From Candidatus Hydrogenedentales bacterium (GTDB lineage Bacteria; Hydrogenedentota; Hydrogenedentia; Hydrogenedentales; JAEUWI01), in assembly GCA_044344195.1 (NCBI GenBank), contig JBIJDL010000002.1, positions 1-49,633 on the forward strand: a DNA stretch of 49,633 nt. The letters run 5' to 3'. The notes beneath the pieces are model-generated. The model was not told the DNA's origin, searched no databases, and saw nothing but the letters and a program-made list of their open reading frames with translations. Positions within the stretch are counted from its first letter, which is position 1. Every line of letters begins with the position of its first letter. Positions 16,954 to 24,137 of this stretch are shown piece by piece. A program made the position numbers and the translations under genes.

Positions 16954-19900
16954 GTGAGTAAGCTAACAGGTGTCTTCATAGCTCCACTGCTGGGCGCAAT
17001 CGCGCTGGTGGGCGCAATGCCTCAGGCGATGGCCGAATCAGGAAGCTCGTCACCGCGTTGGATTCGATACCCTGCGATTTCCCCGGACGGGCAATTGATC
17101 GCCTTTGCCATGGGTGGCCAGCTTTGGCTGGTGGACGCAAGAGGTGGTGACGCCACGCCGCTGACCAGCGGTGAGTTCTACTCGACACGCCCCGTATGGT
17201 CGCCCGACGGAAAAAGTATTGCCTTTGCGTGCAAGCGCAACGGGAATTACGACGTGTTTGCTGTCGGGCTCGAAGGCGAAACTCCGCAACGCCTGACCTT
17301 TCACTCGGCCAATGATCTGCCCTATGCGTTCTCCACCGACGGTGCTACGGTCTATTTCAGCTCGATCCGGATCGGCAGCCCGGAAACCGAACTGGTGGGG
17401 GCCTACCACGAAAGCTCCCAGCTTTACAGCGTGCCAGCGAAGGGGGGCGCGGTAGACTTGGTCCTGCCTACGCCCGCTCTGGATGTGGCGATGAGCCCGG
17501 ATGGTAAAGCGCTGGTCTACGACAATTGTCCGGTGTTCGAAAACGAGTGGCGCAAGGGTGGCGTTTCGGATGGCACCCGCGACCTCTGGATCTACGACCT
17601 TTCCACCGGAAAGCACCGACAACTGACGGACAACCGGGGCGAGGATCGCGACGGTGTCTTTGCGCCCGATGGTCAGAGCATTTTCTATGTAAGCGAAGGG
17701 GCCGGTGGAAGCTTCAATGTCTGGCAGGTGGGGCTGGAGGACGGTGCTGAGCCCCGGGCGATCACCCACCACGAGGGACGCCCCGTGCGCTTCGTGAGCG
17801 TCGCGCACGACGGCACATTGGTCTATGGCTATGACGGCGCGATCTGGCGGCGGGAGGCCGCGGGCGGCGAGGCTCGACCTCTTGAATTGAACATCCATCA
17901 GGCGCCGCTGGTCTCCGGGGCCTTTTCCACGAGCGCCAATTCTTATGTATCCGAAATTGTGACCCGGCCCGACGGTTCAGAGGTTGCTATAGTTGCCCGC
18001 GGTGAAATCTTTGTCGCTTCCACCACCAGTGGGCGGGCTCGGCGAGTCACAAGTACTCCGGCCTTTGAGCAGCATGTCAGTTTCAGCCCCGACGGTCGCC
18101 GTCTGCTTTATTGCAGCGAACGTGAAGGCGTTTCCGAAATCTACGAGGTGGCGTTGCCGGAGGGACGGGCCGGATTTACCGCGCCCGGCGGACTGGAGGA
18201 AAGTAGAATCATCGCGAGCGAGGTAGACCTGCTTTTTCCGGCCTACTCGCCGGATGGCGGGCGCATCGCCTATTTCGAGAACCGGAACAGCATCCGAGTC
18301 TGGGATCGCGAAAAGGGCACTACCGCCACCGCGCTTCCGCCCGGACAGGTGTACAGTTATATCGACGGGGATTTGAGCTTCGATTGGTCGCCCGATGGAC
18401 GCTTCATTGTGTCCACCGTGGGCTCCCTGGCCGGGGACCTTGATATTGCGCTCTGTGACGCCACGGGCCAGACGCCACCGGTGAATCTATCCAGGAGCGG
18501 CTATGCCAACATCATTCCCACCTTTCTGCCGGACGGGCAGGCCATACTCTGGTCCGGTGACCGGCAGGGATTCCGCAGTCCCGACGGTTCCGAAGGCCAG
18601 ATGGACTTATACATCGCCCACCTGACCCAGGAGGCTTATGCCGCCTTTAAGCTGGCCCGATCGGGGGCCGACCATGTGGTCAAGGCGAATGTGGACGATA
18701 CGGCCAAAAGCGGCGGGTCCTGGGCGCCGCAGACCGACGGTATCCAGCATCGTATAACCCGCCTCACGCCTGTCTCGCTCGCCTCGATTCTCTACACGAA
18801 GGCCTTGCCCGGCGGCCAGGACCTGTTGCTGGTCGGCGTGAACAACGCCATGCAATTGGTGGGGTATCGCGTTGGTCTCGTCCGTGAGTCCTTTGAGCAG
18901 ATCTTCGCCGAGCAGCCTTCCGTCGCCGCCCTCAGCTTGGCGCCAGGCGGTGACGCCCTCTACGGCGTTGGTCCGGCGGGGATGGTGCGCATCTCCCTGG
19001 CCGACGGCACTTCGAGTCCGATTCCCTTTGAAGCGCAACTGGACTACGACCCGCGGGGCGAAATGGCCTGGTTGTTCCAGCACTGCTGGCAGATGACCAG
19101 ACTCAAGTTCTATCAGCCCGACATGCATGGCCGCGACTGGGAGGCGCTCCGCGCCGACTACAGTCGGTACCTTCCCGATCTTCAGCAGTGGGAGGATTTC
19201 TGCGATCTGATGGGCGAAATGGCCGGTGAGCTGAACGCCTCCCATATGGGCTGCTATTGGAATTATGTTCCGGGCCTGGCGGACGATACGGCCGCGCTGG
19301 GTATCTACGAAGACAGCGACTATTCGGGGCCGGGGGTGAAGGTTAAAGAGATCCTGCCTGGCGGTCCGTGCGACCTCGCCATGCAGCCCATTCCGCTGGG
19401 GGCGGTTATTGCCGAGATCGATGGCGTCCCGATCCACCACAACGAGCACTTAAGCAACCTGCTCAACCGGAAGGCCGGCACCCCTGTTGAGTTGGCCGTG
19501 ACCGATGGCGCGGGGGCGGCTCCGTCCCGCGTTGTCGTCGTGCCGGTCAGCGCAATAGCGGAGAAGGAGCTTGCCGTTGACTATTGGGTGGCGCGCCGCG
19601 AGGCCATGACTGAAAAACTGTCCGGCGGGCGGCTGGGCTATCTCTACATTTCGGAAATGGATGGGGAAAATTACCAGCGCGCTGTGGATTACTCCTTCGG
19701 CGAAGGTCGCGACAAGGAAGCGTTGGTGATCGATATTCGCTATAACCGAGGCGGCAATCTCCACGACCAGTTGGTCACCTTGTTCACGGGGGAAGTAACG
19801 GCTGACTTCTACTCGCGGGATGGCTACCACACCAGCCGTATCCCCAAGGACCGCTGGGGCAAGCCGAGTATTTTGCTGACCAATGCTTCCAGCTACTCGG

Positions 19901-20181
19901 ACGGCAGCATATTTCCCCACCTTTATCAGCGCCTGAAGATCGGCCCCATTGTCGGGGCCCGCGTTCCAGGTACCGGCACCGCCGTGTGGTGGATGGACCT
20001 GTTGAATGCTAACATCAAATATGGTATCCCCCAATTGGGTGCGAAAGACCGCGAGACGGGATGGTATGAGAACAGCGAGACCGTGCCGGATATTCTGGTC
20101 TATAACACACCGGACGACGTGGCCGCTGGTCGCGATACCCAACTGGAAGCGGCCATCAAGCGCCTACTGAGCGATCTGTAG
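16954..20181 (+). CDS. Tricorn protease homologue (PD40/TolB-like beta-propellers + PDZ + S41 peptidase)
   Basis: IRYPAISPDGQLIAF, WSPDGKSIAF and repeated SPDG propeller motifs. A PDZ-like segment is present. The C-terminal S41 blocks are LVIDIRYNRGGNLHDQL and NASSYSDGSIF. About 1075 aa. The likely GTG start at 16954 follows AGGAGGA (16944-16950) and is followed by a signal peptide ending AMA. Confidence 0.85.
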   Translation: MSKLTGVFIAPLLGAIALVGAMPQAMAESGSSSPRWIRYPAISPDGQLIAFAMGGQLWLVDARGGDATPLTSGEFYSTRPVWSPDGKSIAFACKRNGNYDVFAVGLEGETPQRLTFHSANDLPYAFSTDGATVYFSSIRIGSPETELVGAYHESSQLYSVPAKGGAVDLVLPTPALDVAMSPDGKALVYDNCPVFENEWRKGGVSDGTRDLWIYDLSTGKHRQLTDNRGEDRDGVFAPDGQSIFYVSEGAGGSFNVWQVGLEDGAEPRAITHHEGRPVRFVSVAHDGTLVYGYDGAIWRREAAGGEARPLELNIHQAPLVSGAFSTSANSYVSEIVTRPDGSEVAIVARGEIFVASTTSGRARRVTSTPAFEQHVSFSPDGRRLLYCSEREGVSEIYEVALPEGRAGFTAPGGLEESRIIASEVDLLFPAYSPDGGRIAYFENRNSIRVWDREKGTTATALPPGQVYSYIDGDLSFDWSPDGRFIVSTVGSLAGDLDIALCDATGQTPPVNLSRSGYANIIPTFLPDGQAILWSGDRQGFRSPDGSEGQMDLYIAHLTQEAYAAFKLARSGADHVVKANVDDTAKSGGSWAPQTDGIQHRITRLTPVSLASILYTKALPGGQDLLLVGVNNAMQLVGYRVGLVRESFEQIFAEQPSVAALSLAPGGDALYGVGPAGMVRISLADGTSSPIPFEAQLDYDPRGEMAWLFQHCWQMTRLKFYQPDMHGRDWEALRADYSRYLPDLQQWEDFCDLMGEMAGELNASHMGCYWNYVPGLADDTAALGIYEDSDYSGPGVKVKEILPGGPCDLAMQPIPLGAVIAEIDGVPIHHNEHLSNLLNRKAGTPVELAVTDGAGAAPSRVVVVPVSAIAEKELAVDYWVARREAMTEKLSGGRLGYLYISEMDGENYQRAVDYSFGEGRDKEALVIDIRYNRGGNLHDQLVTLFTGEVTADFYSRDGYHTSRIPKDRWGKPSILLTNASSYSDGSIFPHLYQRLKIGPIVGARVPGTGTAVWWMDLLNANIKYGIPQLGAKDRETGWYENSETVPDILVYNTPDDVAAGRDTQLEAAIKRLLSDL

Positions 20182-20371
20182 GGTTGCGGCAGGGGCCTGC
20201 CACCTTGCCGAGCCTGCGGGATAGCGGATAGGCGGTACTTCCCCTGCGACGCGAAGGGGCGGATTCTGCAGGGATTTGGCATTCTGGTGTGAGGCGAATA
20301 GTCCGCCATCCAAGGTGTATTTTACGGCGAAATAAACGCTGCGGCAGCGAACACGAAAGGATGGCCGGACC

Positions 20372-20854
20372 ATGCACTATCTCATCAGGGAGGAATTCTG
20401 GGCGCTCGGCGATGACTTCAATATTTTGGACGAAAATAAGCAGCCGGTCTTTCACATCGACGGCGCGGCTTTTTCGTGGGGCGACAAGCTCTCTTTTCAG
20501 GATATGCGCGGGAACGAACTGGCCTGCATAGACCAGAAACTCCTTTCCTTCATGCCCCGTTACGGTATCTACCGCAACGGCCAGCTCTTCGCCGAAGTGC
20601 ATAAAGAGTTTTCCTGGTTCAGCAAGCAGTTTTCATTGGACGTACCCGGACCCAACGACTACACCATCGAAGGCAGTTTCTGGGATCATGAATATGTGTT
20701 CATTCGCGGGGGGCGGAACGTCGCAATTGTCACGCGCCGCCTTTTTTCGTTGACCCACACGTACAGCGTGGAAATCCTGGAGGGCGAAGACGCCGTTTCG
20801 ATCCTGGCAACTTGTATCGTGATCGACCAGGTGTTGCACGATGAGAGAAAGTGA
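20372..20854 (+). CDS. LURP-one-related / Tubby C-terminal-like (DUF567) protein
   Basis: 160 aa. MHYLIREEFWALGDDFNILDENKQPVFHIDG...KLSFQDMRGNELACIDQKLLSFMPRYGIY matches the bacterial LOR/DUF567 pattern (MxYxIxxKxFSxGDxFxIxDExG) and its usual length. Confidence 0.7.
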   Translation: MHYLIREEFWALGDDFNILDENKQPVFHIDGAAFSWGDKLSFQDMRGNELACIDQKLLSFMPRYGIYRNGQLFAEVHKEFSWFSKQFSLDVPGPNDYTIEGSFWDHEYVFIRGGRNVAIVTRRLFSLTHTYSVEILEGEDAVSILATCIVIDQVLHDERK

Positions 20855-21458
20855 CGGGGCGGTGGCCGGGCGGTCGGTTTTTCCCACTCGCAAAACTTCG
20901 CGCTGGTATGATGCGGCTCTGGCGCTATACTTCACTTTGGGGCTGGTTTTGGTGTTGTGTCCATTCATAATCGTTTACATGATTGATGATGCCCAGCCCT
21001 CGCCGATCTCATTCTTGTTCCGGCAGTCCTTGATCATATTCCTCTTCGTGTTCTCGATATCAGCCCCATCACTGATCTGGCGCTGGCAGACCTTCAGGTT
21101 TGAACGCATAGCGATTGATGAATCTGGCTGTGGTTTTGTCGATATGCTTGGGAGAAGGCACCAGCTACCCTGGGAGCAGGTGACAGGGGTGCGCTATAAC
21201 GTATTCCTGGATGCGCTGATACTTGAGACCGGTGGTCGACGAGTTTCTGTGCCGAATTCTTTCGTGGAACCTGACCTTGTCGTGAAGTTTGTGCTGAAAA
21301 GAATTCCGGACTGCGCAACGCGTAGCGCCGTTGTGGAATTTCTTGACGGCGCTTTTTTACACGGCAGGATTGAAGCGACGGGGCCGTGGACGCACAGGTT
21401 CGTCTGCCATATTGCATACGTAAGATGGGGTGGAGAGACCCGGGTTCCGAGACTTTGA
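20841..21458 (+). CDS. Hypothetical membrane protein (two TM helices + PH-like soluble domain)
   Basis: Overlaps the upstream stop by 14 nt. Two hydrophobic helices (ALALYFTLGLVLVLCPFIIVY, LIIFLFVFSISAPSLIW) are followed by FERIAIDESGCGFVDMLGRRHQLPWEQVTGVRY, reminiscent of bacterial PH (bPH/YdbS-like) domains. GC is lower than in the flanks. Confidence 0.45.
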   Translation: MRESDGAVAGRSVFPTRKTSRWYDAALALYFTLGLVLVLCPFIIVYMIDDAQPSPISFLFRQSLIIFLFVFSISAPSLIWRWQTFRFERIAIDESGCGFVDMLGRRHQLPWEQVTGVRYNVFLDALILETGGRRVSVPNSFVEPDLVVKFVLKRIPDCATRSAVVEFLDGAFLHGRIEATGPWTHRFVCHIAYVRWGGETRVPRL

Positions 21459-21782
21459 CACGAGTGCGGAGGAGACTCGGTGGCGTGTTTGTGTCGTTGC
21501 TTCTTGGGGCGGTCAGTTCGATCCTGATGTTTTTTGTTGCATCTCGGAAGGCCGCTGGCGCGCAAAAGGAGCAGGTCTTCGTCGCGCCACGTAGAGAGAG
21601 ACGCGGACTCGGGCCATTAGTTGGACGGAACGCCGCTGAATTGAAGAAGGACGTATCTGATCAATATTGACTGCGAAGTCCCTGGCTTTCCCGTCGTGGC
21701 GTGGGCGAATCCGACGCAATCTCAGAGTCCGTCTCACGGCTATGCGAGGTAATATTCTCGGGTATAATTCCAACAGGATGCG

Positions 21783-22337
21783 ATGTGTATTGACCCGGCG
21801 AACGAATGCGATACAAACGTTTGGGAGCACCGTAATTTGTTCCATTACAATTACTATAGTCATTGGCACCGATGGAAAAAGCAACCGGTGGACCACCTGG
21901 GCTGCATTGCCGCCCGTTCGTTCCACACGGGTCGTCTTCCCGATACGGTCGTAGCCAGCGCCCCGTGCATGGGTAGCAACCGGTTCATTTCGGCAATCAA
22001 GTTCCAGGGGACTCAGATCACGCTGGCCATGTTGGATCGCCGCTACCGCGATTACCTGGCGTGTCGGTTCGAAGAGCGGGACAACGGGAAAGTGTTTCTC
22101 GGTTCCGCGACCTACCGGGATTATCGGGGCGATTGCGATTCAATTGCGATAACCGAGGAATACGTTTTTCAGGAAAACGGCGCGGTCCACTTTGAGAAGC
22201 ATGACTTCCAGGAGGGCGTCCTGGCCTCGCGCACCGGCAAAATGGATATCATCTGGAACTGGGAACCCTACCCAACCTTCGGGGACTACGATAGCATGCT
22301 GGAGATCAAGTGGGTTTGCGGCCTGGGGGGAATCTGA
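21783..22337 (+). CDS. Hypothetical protein, no recognisable domain (start uncertain; alternative ATG at 21969)
   Basis: Open frame with coding-like codon usage in its 3' two-thirds. Convergent with abiEii. No convincing RBS at either candidate start. Confidence 0.35.
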   Translation: MCIDPANECDTNVWEHRNLFHYNYYSHWHRWKKQPVDHLGCIAARSFHTGRLPDTVVASAPCMGSNRFISAIKFQGTQITLAMLDRRYRDYLACRFEERDNGKVFLGSATYRDYRGDCDSIAITEEYVFQENGAVHFEKHDFQEGVLASRTGKMDIIWNWEPYPTFGDYDSMLEIKWVCGLGGI

Positions 22338-22378
22338 GGCTGCGCGGGCCGCTCCCGTTCGGGCGGACGATCCGCTTC

Positions 22379-23248
22379 TCACCCGCTTCGGTGTTGGGCG
22401 GCGAGCCATTTTTCCAGTTGGTAGGTGAACAGGTCCCTGCTCCACAGGTCGAGTGAGGGCAGTTCGCTGGCGGGTAGAAAGCGTTCGACGTCTTTTACGG
22501 CCTTTTCGCAATCGAGCCGCGCGATGGCCTCGCTGAGTTCCTTCGCGAGCCAATCGATGTTGACCGTTTCCCCTTTGGACTTCCACGGGCCTACCTGTTC
22601 AAGTGCAGCGGAGAGGAATGGGTAATTGACCAGTGTTCCGCGGCCTGTGTACCAGAGGAAGTCGAACCAGTCGCGCCCTTTGATATATTCCCTGCACAGC
22701 AGCGCGTGTAGTTTGCCTGCGAAGAGGGTCGGCTCGTCCTGAATGGAGACGGCGGAGAGGAACGGAAAGTCTAGGTACGCCAGCGCCACACCACTGGCCG
22801 CGGGTGGGTTGGTGTCAATCTCAAACTTGATCCGAATTTTTGCCAGAGGCCCCCTCCGGAACGCGAATTGTAGCTCCAGGACCTTGCCGAGCGAGTCATC
22901 CTTGAGGAACGCTTTTTTTACGGCCGCATCAGCGCTACTGCGGTCCACGATTTCGAATCGGTACCCATAGGCGCGCAGTTCCTGCTCGACGCGGCCCAGG
23001 TGATCGCCCCATTGAAAGGTGGGATCGGGTTCGCGGAGGATAAAATACAGATCCTCGGAAAATCGGTTCAGGCCATGGAAGATGCGCAGGCACGTCCCGC
23101 CCTGGAAGAGTGCGTTGGTGAAGAAGTTACCGCGACCGAGCGCCGCGAGTACGACCTCCTGCGTAATCTCCCGCAGCGCCTGATCTTCTTCGTCTTCCGA
23201 TCGGTATTTGCGTGCGTCGAGTCGTTGCTGAATGGCCTTTACGCTCAT
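22379..23248 (-). CDS. abiEii: AbiEii/AbiGii family nucleotidyltransferase toxin (DUF1814), type IV TA / abortive infection
   Basis: LFQGGTCLRIFHGLNRFSEDLYF matches the DUF1814 motif (GGTALxxxxGxxRxSxDxDF). Size 289 aa. ATGA overlap with the upstream AbiEi gene. Confidence 0.85.
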   Translation of the reverse strand: MSVKAIQQRLDARKYRSEDEEDQALREITQEVVLAALGRGNFFTNALFQGGTCLRIFHGLNRFSEDLYFILREPDPTFQWGDHLGRVEQELRAYGYRFEIVDRSSADAAVKKAFLKDDSLGKVLELQFAFRRGPLAKIRIKFEIDTNPPAASGVALAYLDFPFLSAVSIQDEPTLFAGKLHALLCREYIKGRDWFDFLWYTGRGTLVNYPFLSAALEQVGPWKSKGETVNIDWLAKELSEAIARLDCEKAVKDVERFLPASELPSLDLWSRDLFTYQLEKWLAAQHRSG

Positions 23249-23880
23249 GATGAAAGTTCCATCCGCCAGGACCGCAGAAATGCCTGGACGCGCTTGTTGG
23301 TGTAGTTTTCCTCAAGCTCCGCTAGATCATCGGGTGCTACGGCGAGCAAGTCCTCCATTTCAACGCGGAGACTGCTCGAGGCGCCCTCGATGGAGTTCCA
23401 CGGCGGATCATGGAGGTAAACGTAGTCCGCAAGGGCCTTGGCGGGCATTGCGATAAACGCCACATTGCCGCTCTCGTCGACATCGCGTTCGACGCCCAAA
23501 TAGAATACGTTTTGCGGCACGTGCTTGTAGTCGAAGCGTCCCAACGGCGTCTTGAATACCTTTGCTTTTCCAAAGCTGGCGCAGGTGCAGGTGTAGACCG
23601 CCTCGGGAATCCAGCCGTGATAGCTCAGGGCCGACTCGAAACTGACATAGCTCGGACCGTAGATCTGTTGTGCGAGGGCATGGATACGCAGTGGCCGCTT
23701 CTGATAGGGTCGAGGAAGGCAGTAGAGCCCCCGCCGGATGCCAAGAATCTCCCCGCTGGCCAGCGCCCGCTTGACTAGGCCGTGGCGACGGTTCGGGGAT
23801 CCAGATAGTACGGTCGCCACCTCCGATTGGGTGAAAACGGTGGTCCCGCGCCGTAGAAAATAGTCGGTTACAGTGTTCAT
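23245..23880 (-). CDS. abiEi: AbiEi family antitoxin/transcriptional regulator (COG5340-like)
   Basis: N-terminal wHTH-like segment (FTQSEVATVLSGSPNRRHGLVKRALASGEILGIRRGLYCL), then YVSFESALSYHGWIPE, typical of AbiEi. Translationally coupled to abiEii. Confidence 0.85.
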   Translation of the reverse strand: MNTVTDYFLRRGTTVFTQSEVATVLSGSPNRRHGLVKRALASGEILGIRRGLYCLPRPYQKRPLRIHALAQQIYGPSYVSFESALSYHGWIPEAVYTCTCASFGKAKVFKTPLGRFDYKHVPQNVFYLGVERDVDESGNVAFIAMPAKALADYVYLHDPPWNSIEGASSSLRVEMEDLLAVAPDDLAELEENYTNKRVQAFLRSWRMELSS

Positions 23881-23892
23881 GGCATTATTCTA

Positions 23893-23923
23893 CCAGAAAC
23901 TGTCAAAAAATGACAGTTTCTGG
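23893..23923. promoter_or_regulatory. Perfect 13-bp-arm palindrome upstream of abiEi (probable AbiEi operator overlapping the promoter)
   Basis: CCAGAAACTGTCA-aaaaa-TGACAGTTTCTGG, 13 nt from the abiEi ATG. On the coding strand a TAGAAT -10-like hexamer lies between the palindrome and the ATG. Confidence 0.55.
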
Positions 23924-24137
23924 AAAATAAAGCGGGTGGCCGACCTCGCTTTTCAGGCATGCGGATCCCCCGGACGGGGGATTGGCAATAAACGCGCCGG
24001 GTCCACAAGAGACCGGCTCCGCGAACTAGCGCGAATATACTCAAATCCCCAACGGGCCCACGGTACTCATGACACACGGCGAAAACATTGGTGACCAGCG
24101 GGTTTTGCAGGGAGGTACAACCTGCAGCGGCACGCAC

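Noticed and set aside
21505-21540. tRNA-like T-arm (GTCAG-TTCGATC-CTGAT)
   Set aside because: No complementary acceptor strand, D-arm or anticodon arm can be drawn at the required distances. The sequence lies within a plausible small TM-protein frame.
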